Source: Octopus vulgaris
Lineage: Eukaryota
DNA: 64,000 bases
Assembly (NCBI GenBank): GCA_951406725.2
Contig: OX597820.1
Location: 107,384,001 to 107,448,000 of the forward strand
Direction of reading: 5' to 3'
Shown one piece after another: positions 40,189 through 50,625 of this stretch (the first letter of the stretch is position 1; each line of letters opens with the position of its first letter). The notes under the pieces were generated by a model. It saw only the letters and a program-made list of their open reading frames with translations, had not been told where the DNA came from and made no database searches. A program made the position numbers and the translations under genes.

Positions 40189-40680
40189 GGTGCTTTTTAC
40201 GTGCCACCTGCACAGGTGCCAGACAGAGCTGGCAAACGGCCACAAACGGATGGTGTTTTTTTTCGTGCCACCGGCACGGGGGCCAGGCGAGGCTGGCAAC
40301 GGACACGAACGGATGGTGCTTTTACGTGCTACCGGCACGGGGGGCCAGGCGAGGCTGGCAACGGACACGAACGGATGGTGCTTTTACGTGCTACCGGCAC
40401 GGGGGCCAGGCGAGGCTGGCAACGGACACGAGCGGATGGTGCTTTTACGTGCTACCGGCACGGGGGCCAGGCAAGGCTCGCAACGGACACAAGCGGATGG
40501 TGCTTTTACGTGCCATCGGCACGGGGGCCAGGCGAGGCTGGCAACGGACACGAACGGATGGTGCTTTTACGTGCTACCAGCACGGGGGCCAGGCGAGGCT
40601 GGCAACGGACACGAGCGGATGGTGCATTTACGTGCCAATGGCACGGGGACCAGGCGAGGCTGGCAACAGACAAACGATCG
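40189..40680. repeat. 61 bp tandem array (7 near-identical plus 1 diverged unit) in the RTE 3' UTR
   Basis: ggtgcttttacgtgctaccggcacgggggccaggcgaggctggcaacggacacgaacggat at 61 bp period. Confidence 0.95.
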
Positions 40681-40744
40681 GATGGTTCGCTTAACCACAG
40701 CTGCAATTTCCACTGATGTTGATTTGGTTTGATTTTGACTGTTC

Positions 40745-42598
40745 TCACTGGTCTTGCCGGGTCTTCTCACGCACAGCATACTTCCATAGGTCTTGGTCTC
40801 TAGTCATTTCCTTGGTGGGACCTAGGTCGTGCTTCACCACCTCGTCCCAGATTTTCCTGGGTTTACCTCTTCCACAGGTTCCCTCAACTGCTAGAGTGTG
40901 GCACTTTTGCACACAACTATCTTCACCCATTCTCGTCACATGCCCATACCAGCGCAGACGTCTCTCTTGCACACCACAACTGATGCTTCTTAGGTCCAAC
41001 ATTTCTATCAAGGTACCTACACTCTGTCGATTATGAACACTGACATTACACATCCATCGGAGCATACTGGCTTCATTTCTTGCGAGCTTACGCATATCCT
41101 CAGCAGTCACACCCTGTGTTTCACTACCATGTAGCATGGCTGTACGTACACATGCATCATACAGTCTGCCTTTAACTCTGAGCAAGAGGCCTTTTGTCAC
41201 CAGCAGAGGTAAGAGCTCCCTAAACTTTGCCCAGGCTATCCTTACTCTAGCATTTACACTTTCAGCACACCCACCCCCACTACTGATTTGGTCACCAAGA
41301 TAACGGAAGCTATCAACTATTTCTAGTTTTACCCACTGGAAAGTGACGGAAGTTGTTTTCTGCAGACTTTCAGATGTTAATGCTCCCGAGCATCTGCCAC
41401 ATACAAAAACCATCTTCCTAGTTAGCCTTCCTTTGACATTGCTGCACCTCTTATGTGTCCATAGCTTACACTTGGTGCATCTTATAGAGTTTCTACCTAC
41501 ACCTTTTCTACAGATCGAGCAGGGCCATCTACCTGAAGGCGTTTGTGATTTGTCTACCTTCCTACTTATTACGACTTTGGTTTTAGCTAGATTGACTCTA
41601 AGGCCCTTCGATTCTAAACCTTGCTTCCACACCTGAAACTTCTCCAGTTCTGACAGTGACTCAGCAATTAGAGCAAGGTCATCAGCATAGAGGAGCTCCC
41701 AGGGGCATCCTGTCTTGAATTCCTCCATTATTGCCTGGAGGACTATGATAAATAGGAGGGGGCTGAGGACTGAGCCTTGGTGGACCCCTACCTCTACCCG
41801 GAATTCTTCACTGTACTCGTTGCCAACCCTCACCTTACTAGCAGCGTCCCTGTACATGGCTTGCACAGCTCTCACTAACCATTCATCTATCCCTAGTTTC
41901 CTCATTGACCACCAGATGAGGGATCGGGGGACCCTGTCGAAGACTTTCTCCATGTCAACAAAAGCCAGGTACAGGGGCTTATCTTTGGCTAGGTATTTCT
42001 CCCGCAGCTGCCTTACCAGGAATATAGCATCAGTGGTACTTTTCCCTGGCACGAACCCAAACTGCATCTCATCTAAACTAACTCTCTCTCTAATTAGTTG
42101 GCTTATGACCCTCTCTGTAACCTTCATCACCTGATCCAACAGCTTGATACCTCTGTAATTATTTGTATCTAGGGCATCACCTTTACCTTTGTAGCAGTTG
42201 ACTATTATGCTGCTACACCAGTCATTGGGTATGACTCCTTCGTGTATCACCTGATTAACTATACGGGTGACTAGGCTATAGCCGACACTACCAGATATTT
42301 TGAGCATCTCTGCAGTGATACCTGATGGGCCTGGGGCTTTCCCTGTCTTCATGCTTCTAATTGCCTTAACTACCAAGGAACTATCAACCCTGATAGCTGG
42401 TCCCTCTGTTGGGTTAACATTCGGCAGACTCTCTTTATCCCATTCATTTTCTTTATTCAGCAACCTTTCATAGTGGCGTCTCCAAGCCTCTCTCTTTGCA
42501 TCCTCGTTTAGCGCAAGTGAACCATCTTCCATGCGAACACACTTCTCTCCTACCACATCACAATTCTCTCTCACACACTGTCTTGCAACGTGAAACAC
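40745..42598 (-). CDS. RTE LINE reverse transcriptase ORF (partial) with internal PHD finger
   Basis: KAPGPSG, YRGIKLL, QFGF, GVHQGSVLSP, YADD, FRYLG, RLRWYGHV. Confidence 0.85.
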   Translation of the reverse strand: MFHVARQCVRENCDVVGEKCVRMEDGSLALNEDAKREAWRRHYERLLNKENEWDKESLPNVNPTEGPAIRVDSSLVVKAIRSMKTGKAPGPSGITAEMLKISGSVGYSLVTRIVNQVIHEGVIPNDWCSSIIVNCYKGKGDALDTNNYRGIKLLDQVMKVTERVISQLIRERVSLDEMQFGFVPGKSTTDAIFLVRQLREKYLAKDKPLYLAFVDMEKVFDRVPRSLIWWSMRKLGIDEWLVRAVQAMYRDAASKVRVGNEYSEEFRVEVGVHQGSVLSPLLFIIVLQAIMEEFKTGCPWELLYADDLALIAESLSELEKFQVWKQGLESKGLRVNLAKTKVVISRKVDKSQTPSGRWPCSICRKGVGRNSIRCTKCKLWTHKRCSNVKGRLTRKMVFVCGRCSGALTSESLQKTTSVTFQWVKLEIVDSFRYLGDQISSGGGCAESVNARVRIAWAKFRELLPLLVTKGLLLRVKGRLYDACVRTAMLHGSETQGVTAEDMRKLARNEASMLRWMCNVSVHNRQSVGTLIEMLDLRSISCGVQERRLRWYGHVTRMGEDSCVQKCHTLAVEGTCGRGKPRKIWDEVVKHDLGPTKEMTRDQDLWKYAVREKTRQDQ

Positions 42599-43309
42599 CT
42601 CCAGTCTTTGGTCCTCACGGCGCAGAACATTGGCAAATTTTTTCTTATCTGCTTCCCTAAAAAAGTATGGAAGACCCTACATACAAAAAACTATGTCCTT
42701 TTACACAGAAGCTCTGGGTAAAATGTACATGACCATCCTTGGGACATAAGTGATGTGTATATAAAGTTTGGAGAAAATCAGTTGAGAATTGTGGAAATGT
42801 ATGCATTAGTCATTATACACACACACACATACTGTGATTTATATATAATAGATTTTATAAAATTAACTGGCAAGATTATCTTCTCATTTCTTGAAAATTA
42901 TATAGTCTGGTATATTTTGATATATTTATAATTTTTATATAATTGGTATTTTGCTAAACACTGAGGAGGTCATTTTAACAAACATTCAATTTACCGAAAC
43001 ATGTGAATATTTTATACAGTATATCATCATCATCATCATCGTCGTTTAACGTCCGTTCTCCATGCTAGCATGGGTTGGACGGTTCGACCGGGGTTCTGGG
43101 AAGCCAGAAGGCTGCACCAGGCTCCAGTCTAATCTGGCAATGTTTCTACAGCTGGATGCCCTTCCTAACGCCAACCACTCCGTGAGTGTAGTGGGTGCTT
43201 TTTACGTGCCACCTGCACAGGTGCCAGGCGGGGCTGGCAACGGCCACGGTCAGATTGGTGTATTTTATGTGCCACCGGCACGGAACCCAGTCGAGGCGGT
43301 GCTGGCATC

Positions 43310-43765
43310 GGCCACGAGTCGGATAGTGCTTTTTACGTACCACCAGACCAGGGATCCTGGCTGGTTCAATTCGATTTCGATTTCGCTTGCCCCAACATGT
43401 CTTCACAAGCAAAGGGGGTTGGCAAGGGTGCCTGTCGTACGGTCGCATTGGAGTATTTTACGTGCCACGGCCACGAGTCGGATAGTGCTTTTTACGTACC
43501 ACCAGACCAGGGATCCTGGCTGGTTCAATTCGATTTCGATTTCGCTTGCCCCAACATGTCTTCACAAGCAAAGGGGGTTGGCATGGGTGCCTGTCGTACG
43601 GTCACATTGGAGTATTTTACGTGCCACGGCCACGAGTCGGATAGTGCTTTTTACGTACCACCAGGCCAGGGATCCTGGCTGGTTCAATTCGGTTTCGATT
43701 TCGATTTCGCTTGCCCCAACATGTCTTCGCAAGCATGGGGGGTTGGCATGGGTGTCTGTCGTCGG
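43310..43765. repeat. 159 bp tandem triplication in the RTE 3' UTR
   Basis: ggccacgagtcggatagtgctttttacg at 43310, 43469 and 43628. Confidence 0.93.
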
Positions 43766-43845
43766 ATGAGGTTCTATATCGACTTCGCTTGCCTCAACCG
43801 GTCTTTGTGTCCAAGGGAGGAAAGGCATTCATAAGTGGGCTGGGC

Positions 43846-46053
43846 TCACTTGTCCTGCCTGGTCTTCTCACGTACAGAATATTTCCAAAGGTCTCGGTCT
43901 CTGGTCATTTCCTCAGTGAGGCCTAAAGTTCGAAGGTCGTGCTTCACCACCTCGTCCCAGGTTTTCCTGGGTCTACCTCTTCCACGGGTTCCCTCAACTG
44001 CTAGGGATTGGCACTTTCTCACACACCTATCTTCATCCATTCTCGCCACATGACCATACCAGCGCAATCGTCTCTCTTGCACACCACAACTGATGCTTCT
44101 TAGGTACAACATTTCTCTCAAGGTGCTAACGCTCTGTCGAGTATGTACACTGACATTACACATCCATCGGAGCATACTGGCTTCATTCCTCACGAGCTTA
44201 CGCATGTCCTCAGCAGTCACGGCCCATGTTTCGCTGCCATGTAGCATGGCTGTTCGTACACACGCATCATACAGTCTGCCTTTTACTCTGAGCGAGAGGC
44301 CTTTAGTCACCAGCAGAGGTAAGAGCTCCCTAAACTTTGCCCAGGCTATTCTTATTCTAGCAGTTACACTTTCAGCGCACCCACCCCCACTACTGACTTG
44401 GTCACCTAGATAACGGAAGCTATCAACTACTTCTAGTTTTTCCCCCTGGAAAGTGACGGAAGTTGTTTTCTGCAGATTTTCGGAGGTTAATGCTCCCGAG
44501 CATCTGCCACATACAAAAACTATCTTCCCAGTTAGCCTACCTTTGACATTGCTGCACCTCTTATGTGTCCATAGCTTACACTGGGTACATCTTATAGAGT
44601 TTCTACCTACACCTTTTCTACAGATCGAGCAGGGCCGTCTTCCTGAAGATATTTGTGGATTGTCTACCTTTCTACTTATTAGTACTTTGGTTTTAGCTAG
44701 GTTGACTCTAAGGCCCCTTGATTCTAAACCCTCCTTCCACACCTGGAACTTCTCCTCCAGTTCTGATAGTGACTCAGCAATAAGAGCAAGGTCGTCAGCG
44801 TAGAGGAGCTCCCAGGGACAGCCTGTCTTGAATTCCTCCGTAATTGCCTGGAGTACTATGATAAATAGGAGGGGGCTGAGTACTGAACCCTGGTGGACCC
44901 CAACCTCTACTTTGAATTCTTCTGTGTACATGTTGCCAACCCTAACCTTACTTACGGCATCTCTGTACATGGCTTGCACAGTCCTCACCAGCCATTCATC
45001 TATCCCTAGTTTCCTCATTGACCACCAGATAAGGGATCGGGGGACCCTATCAAAAGCTTTCTCCATGTCAACGAAAGCCAGGTACAGGGGCTTATCTTTG
45101 GCTAGGTATTTCTCCTGCAGCTGCCTTACCAGGAATATAGCATCAGTGGTACTTTTCCCTGGCACGAACCCAAACTGCATCTCATCTAAACTAACTCTCT
45201 CTCTAATTAGTTGGGCTATGACCCTCTCCGTAACCTTCATTACTTGATCCAACAGCTTGATACCTCTGTAATTATTTGTATCTAGGGCATCACCTTTACC
45301 TTTGTAGCAGTTGACTAGTATGCTGCTGCACCAGTCATTGGGTATGACTCCTTCGTGTATCACCTGGTTGACTATACGGGTGACTAGGTTATAGCCGACA
45401 CTGCCAGATATTTTGAGCATCTCTGCAGTAATTCCTGATGGGCCTGGGGCTTTCCCTGTCTTCATGCTTCTAATTGCCTTAGCTACCACGGAACTATCAA
45501 CTCGGATAGCTGGTCCCTCTGTCGGGTCAACATTCGGCAGACTCTCTTTATCCCATTCATTTTCCTCATTCAGTAACCTTTCATAGTGGCGTCTCCAAGC
45601 TTCTCTCTTTGCATCCTCATTTAGCGCAAGTGAACCATCCTCCATGCGAACACATTTCTCTCCTACCACATCACGATTCTCTCTCACACACTGTCTTGCA
45701 ACACGAAATACCTCAAGTCTTTCATCCTCACGGCGCAGGACATTGGCAAATTTTCTCTTATCTGCTTCCCCTCTGGCTAGATAGACCTGTCTCCTAGCTT
45801 CCCTTCTGGCAGTCTGATACCCTTCCCTGCTACCACCGTTCTTCCAGGCCTTCCAAGCCTGTTTCTTTTGTCTAATAGCCCTGTCAACAATATTGTTCCA
45901 CCACCACGTTATTTTGGGTCTTAAGGGGACTTTGCACCAGCCACAGATCTGGTCAGCGGCTTTCAGCAGGTTGTCCCTCAGAAACGTCCAGTTGTCTTCT
46001 ACCCCATGTGTAGCTATACCCCCTTCCACTTCGTCAAAGGCTTCAAGTAACAT
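43846..46053 (-). CDS. RTE LINE ORF (735+ aa; RT with PHD insertion), open upstream to the truncation point
   Basis: WWWN linker, RT motifs, YADD, C4HC3 at 44500-44631. Confidence 0.88.
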   Translation of the reverse strand: MLLEAFDEVEGGIATHGVEDNWTFLRDNLLKAADQICGWCKVPLRPKITWWWNNIVDRAIRQKKQAWKAWKNGGSREGYQTARREARRQVYLARGEADKRKFANVLRREDERLEVFRVARQCVRENRDVVGEKCVRMEDGSLALNEDAKREAWRRHYERLLNEENEWDKESLPNVDPTEGPAIRVDSSVVAKAIRSMKTGKAPGPSGITAEMLKISGSVGYNLVTRIVNQVIHEGVIPNDWCSSILVNCYKGKGDALDTNNYRGIKLLDQVMKVTERVIAQLIRERVSLDEMQFGFVPGKSTTDAIFLVRQLQEKYLAKDKPLYLAFVDMEKAFDRVPRSLIWWSMRKLGIDEWLVRTVQAMYRDAVSKVRVGNMYTEEFKVEVGVHQGSVLSPLLFIIVLQAITEEFKTGCPWELLYADDLALIAESLSELEEKFQVWKEGLESRGLRVNLAKTKVLISRKVDNPQISSGRRPCSICRKGVGRNSIRCTQCKLWTHKRCSNVKGRLTGKIVFVCGRCSGALTSENLQKTTSVTFQGEKLEVVDSFRYLGDQVSSGGGCAESVTARIRIAWAKFRELLPLLVTKGLSLRVKGRLYDACVRTAMLHGSETWAVTAEDMRKLVRNEASMLRWMCNVSVHTRQSVSTLREMLYLRSISCGVQERRLRWYGHVARMDEDRCVRKCQSLAVEGTRGRGRPRKTWDEVVKHDLRTLGLTEEMTRDRDLWKYSVREKTRQDK

Positions 46054-46251
46054 ATCTCTAAATCTCTGTCCATTCGCAGGGGCTTTAAGCTTCCAGACCC
46101 TTCTTCTCCATGTTGGTCGTCTACTAGTCGCCCTCTTAGTCCTGATCCTAAAGTCACTAACTACCAGTCTATGTTGTGGGGTGCATTCTTCGCCTGGGAA
46201 GGTTTTGGCATTTATAAGCAGCCATCTTTCCCTTTATAATATTAATATATA

Positions 46252-46308
<57 letters not shown>

Positions 46309-46339
46309 AATATCAGAAAAGAGGTAAACTAAGTACTAA

Positions 46340-47170
46340 AGCAGTAATTATTAAAACAAAAAGTTAAACTCTGGTCATGGAGTTACCAAAGGTTTTGATA
46401 AACGAAAGCCACAGCCTTGTGGATAGCTCATCAGACTCTATACAAAGGTAAAAAATTAAACTTTCTACTATGTGGACGAGAGGAAACTCTCAGATATCGA
46501 GGTTTAACAGCTAACGTATAAAAACATTAATAAGGATGGGTTATTTCCCCTGGACCAGAGGATTAAAAAACTATTACAGACCTGAAATAGCCAAACCACC
46601 AAATTGGGGAAATCCAATTTTCCAGTCAGCAGTGCTTGAAATGAACACAGAGAAAACTTCTTTACAACTATCTAAAATGCTAATCCCAGGTTTGGTATAG
46701 TCCTTAAGAATTTTGGTTCAGTCCATGATGCAGATTTTGCAAAGGCCACTCCCATTAATATATGGGCTGGACGTTCAATTATTTTCCACTTGATATCTCA
46801 CAGGGGCCCCTTGATCTTTGAGATTCCACACATGGCTGACCAGGGACATGACAAAATATCTTTCTGGGACACTGAAGGATGACTCATGGTTGTGGAAGCA
46901 ACATTTGAAAAATGTACTAGCCAATCCAATGTATTTACAAACTTGTGATGTGGCTATATTCGCATTCCTGGTATATCTCTGGAAGGCTCCTGGCCTGGGG
47001 ATACTGTTAGTAACACCTTTACTGATGTTGTCGATATGGCACAATGATCTGGCAGTGTTATCACCATGGTTATCATTTCTGATCATATGGTTGGCAGTGT
47101 AGCTGCCCACATCAGTGTGGGTGCAGCTGGCGATAACATATGGTGTGGGCCAGTCATCCCATCAGTGCCG
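46340..47170 (-). mobile_element. Inverted 3' portion of the Naiad-like Penelope element (GIY-YIG C-terminal half plus pLTR)
   Basis: KYIGLASTFFK...HESSF...SHVWNLK; reverse-complement match to ~49860-50625. Confidence 0.85.
46376..46442 (-). ncRNA. Type I hammerhead ribozyme motif (GAAA mutated to AAAA)
   Basis: tatagagt CTGATGA g...c AAAA cctttgg TA actccatg. Confidence 0.65.
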
Positions 47171-47602
47171 ATGACAAGTGACCAAGACCTTTGGAGATAT
47201 GCTGTGCTTGAGAAGACCTGGCAAACCAAGTGAGACCGTAACCGTGGCTTATGCCAGTGCAGCATAACCAGCTCCATTTAAGAGTACCCTTCAATCAATG
47301 GGCTATAAACTGCGCTTGTGAAGACCTGTTGAGGCAAGTGAAGTTGTTGTCAGTGGCCGATAACAGTACTGCCTGATTGGCACCCAGCCAGTGGCACGTA
47401 AAAAGCACCATCCGAGTGTGGTCAATGCCAGTGCTGCATGAATGGTCCCCAGTACCGCCTGACTGGCTTCTGTGATGGTGGCATGTAAAAAGCACCTACT
47501 ACATTCTCGGAGTGGTTGGCATTAGGAAGGGCATCCAGCTGTAGAAACATTGCCAGATCAGATTGTAGCCTGGTGCAGCCTTCTGGTTCGCCAGCCCTCA
47601 GT
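47171..47602 (+). mobile_element. RTE 3' end fragment between the Penelope arms
   Basis: gagaagacctggcaa...gtggttggcattaggaagggcatccagctgtagaaac. Confidence 0.88.
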
Positions 47603-50600
47603 CTATGGTTTTCATGGATACGAAACCTTTGGTAACTCTATGACCAGAATTAGTGTCTTATGAAGGTCACACTACATGGTCTGCATTTGATACCTGTACC
47701 AAACTCTGCACTTCTACATATTGTCAATTGCTACCCCAAGAAAAACATGGAATGTTTTGATATTGAATATTCTGCAAAAAATATCCCAACACCTTCCAAT
47801 GAGGTCTATATGAAAATGGTACTGGAGAAAATGATAGAACTTATAAGGCGCATGAGGTGGAAGGCATTTTTTTATAATCAAAGCACAACACCCTCCGAGG
47901 CCAACACATATGATATCAAATCTAGGAAATTCCCACCTAGAATCAAGGAAGTTGAGGCCTTCGAAGTGGACCTACTGGGCATAATACCCAGGCTGAAATT
48001 CTGTAAGTCCTTTTCCCTTTTTTGAAGCAAGCTCCATGGAGATAAACAAAAAATAAGAAACTCTAACAGGTCTTTAATCTTCTCAGATAAGACTAAGAAC
48101 TTATACATGAAAGACACATACACTTATGATAGACTTTTAAATGATTTTATTACACAAAAGTAGATGCACTTCCCCACACACTTACAATAATATTAACTGT
48201 GAAGTTAAACAGATAGCAATTAGCCTAGGTATTGCAGTCAGAGTATATATCATGGCTAAGAGAAATGCTTTTATCACTTTAAAGGACCACAAGCTGAATT
48301 TTGCCTCTAATCCCAAATATCACCTGATCAATCCGACCAAGTCTGAGATTGGCCAGGTGAGTAAGTATATACTAATGAAGATTAATGATGACATAAGGAA
48401 GCACATGAGCCTCCCTCTATGGTGCAGCACCAATAAGGTGGCCTAATGGATTATTGCCAACTGGAAGAGAGGCAGGGTTAGGTTTACAAAGTTAGACATT
48501 GTTGACTTCTATCCATCAATTTCAAAAGAGTTGTTGATGAAGGCTCTTTCTTTTGCTAAGGACTTCACAGATATTAGTGATAGTGATATTAGCATTACTA
48601 TAAATGCCAGGAAAACAGTGCTGTTCAACAAAGATTTGATGTGGTCAAGCAATCTGACCCCGAAGGCTCCTTCAATGTGGCTATGGGAGCCTATGAGAGC
48701 GCCAATGTCTGCGTTCTCATCAGACTGTACATCCTGGACATCTCAAGGAAGAGGTTTCCTTCGGTCCTCTTCGGTCTCTAGCCATCTCTAGAGGGGTCAA
48801 CAGGCACACACTAGATAGACTTAGAAAGACCTAATTAATGCCCTAGGCTCAATGGGACTCAAGATCGCCATTGAGACTAATCTAACCACAGTAGATTTCC
48901 TAGATGTTACTTTAGATCTGGGCTCTTGTACATACAGGCCCTATCACAAGCCAAACAAGAAGCTGTCCTATATTAACTCAACCTCCTGCCACCCCTAACC
49001 CCTATAGTTTTCAAGAACTTAGTGAAGGGCGTAAGCAAGAGGATCTCTAGCCAAGATATCTTCGATGCTGCTGCCTCCTACTACAATGAGGCACTGGCAT
49101 CAAGTGGGTTTAAGGACTGCATCTCCTACATGCCAGGCCTTAGCACCCAGAAAAGGAAGCGCTGCAGAAACCTCATTTGGTTTGCTCCACCCTTCTTGCT
49201 CAATGTCACGATTTGTGTGGGAAGGATTTTCCTTAGTTATTACGTTTATATATTTGATGTGCAAGATTATTTTTATGTGAAGTTGTGTGTTGAAACCGAC
49301 ATTGTTGTATTTCGGAATGGTCATTTTGCTTAGATTAATAGAGAAACATTTCATACGCACACATAGATACAGGCAATTATTTAACAGGCACAATCTAAGA
49401 GTGTCCTTTAGTTGTGCACCTAACATAAAAAGAATTTTAACAAGTACCCACAATACAAGAGAGGAGGCAGATTGCTCTTGCAAGTTATACACTAACTGTC
49501 CAGTAGGCAGCCAAAGGACTCACCTATAAAGCTATGGTGACACCTATACCAGCTATCCGCATCACCAGCAATCTACAATCCAACAGCAATAATAGCAGAG
49601 TAGCCAGGTCTTGTGTAAGTACACTTGCCATGACCAGTGACACAGAGGAGGTAACGAACAATCTCAGTACCACTGCCACAGATGATGAACAAACCATCAT
49701 CATTTACACCAACAGAGATTCCAGCCCCACACCATATGTTACTACCAGTACAATTGCTACACCTAGAGATGATGACCAATCCAGAACAAGCAACACAGAG
49801 GAGGTATCCGACGACCCCAGTACAATTACCACAGACAATGACCAAACTATTATCATCGACACTAGTGGGATAACCGGCCTCACACCATATTTGACCACCA
49901 GCTGCACTCACACTAATGCTGGCAGCTACATAGTCAACCATATGACCAGAAACAATAATGACAGTGATAACACCGCCGGATAATTGCACCATATCAACAA
50001 CATCAGAAATGGTGTTATCAACAACATCCCCAGGCTCGGAGCCTTCCAGAGATATACCAGGAGTGCGAATATAGCCACAACACAAGCTTGTAAATACATT
50101 GGATTGGCCAGTACATTTTTCAAACATTGCTTCCACAAGCACCGGTCATCCTTTAGAGTCCCAGAAAGACATTTTGTTACATCCTTGGCCAGCCATGTGT
50201 GGCACCTCAAAAACCAAGGGATCCCATGTGATATCAATGGAAAATAACAAAACAACCTGCCCCATATATTAGTGAGAGTGACCATTGCAAAATCTGCATC
50301 ACAGAGAGAACCAAAATTCTTAAGGTCTATGCTAAACCTAGCACATCAAATAGATGTTAAGAAGTTTTCTCTAAATGTGTCCAGTTCAAGCACTGCCTAC
50401 TGGATCTCCCCATTTGCTGGTTAGGTTATTTCGGGTTCATAAGGGAAGATAACACAGCTTTATTAACGTTTTTATACATTAGCCATTAAATCTCAATATG
50501 AGTGTTTCCTCACGTCCGCGTAGTAGAAAGTTTAATTTTTTTTGTCTTTGTATAGAGTCTGATGAGCTATCCACAAGTCTGTGGGTATGGAACCTTTGGT

Positions 50601-50625
50601 AACTCTATGACCAGAATTTAACTTT
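47603..50625 (+). mobile_element. Penelope-like element (probably Naiad clade), decayed RT + GIY-YIG ORF ~47747-50430
   Basis: YSAKNIPTP, RRMRWKAFF, KDHK.NF.SNP..LINP.KSEIG, DIVDFYPSI, IWFAPPF, FNRHNLRVSFSCAPN, CSC.....CP, YIG; direct terminal repeat ggtaactctatgaccagaatt at both ends. Clade assignment from memory of motifs. Confidence 0.85.
50551..50609 (+). ncRNA. Type I hammerhead ribozyme motif in the Penelope pLTR
   Basis: tatagagt CTGATGA gctatccac-aagtct-gtgggtat gGAA cctttgg TA actctatg. Confidence 0.65.

Larger units (their letters stand above)
40029..42657 (-). mobile_element. RTE-clade LINE, 5'-truncated, young
   Basis: Uninterrupted 617 aa ORF, expanded 3' UTR array, (CAT)n tail. 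Confidence 0.96.
39330..42852 (-). mobile_element. Probable non-autonomous Helitron with internal ~200 bp repeats, split by an RTE insertion
   Basis: A|TCtattatatataaatcac 5' end at 42852 (minus); aaaagtat.gaagaccctacatacaaaaaactatgt on both sides of the RTE; 3' end not identified. Confidence 0.5.
43023..46234 (-). mobile_element. RTE-clade LINE, longest copy, truncated in the endonuclease, abutting (TA)n
   Basis: Open frame from ~46234 to stop at 43846; 3' UTR and (CAT)n tail. Confidence 0.97.

Noticed and set aside
40189-40680. CRISPR-like repeat/spacer appearance (also 54700-55000 and 57070-57430)
   Set aside because: Spacers are homologous to each other, no cas genes, eukaryotic LINE 3' UTR context
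40072-40779. Overlapping 120-214 aa ORFs (also 43062-43834)
   Set aside because: By-products of GC-rich tandem repeats in the RTE 3' UTR
41343-45247. Recurrent plus-strand ORFs such as MNSSVIAW... and MTEVVFCR...
   Set aside because: Antisense shadows of the RTE RT frame
47747-50625. Selenocysteine-recoded Naiad ORF
   Set aside because: No in-frame TGA at conserved Cys positions and no SECIS recognised; the stops look like decay
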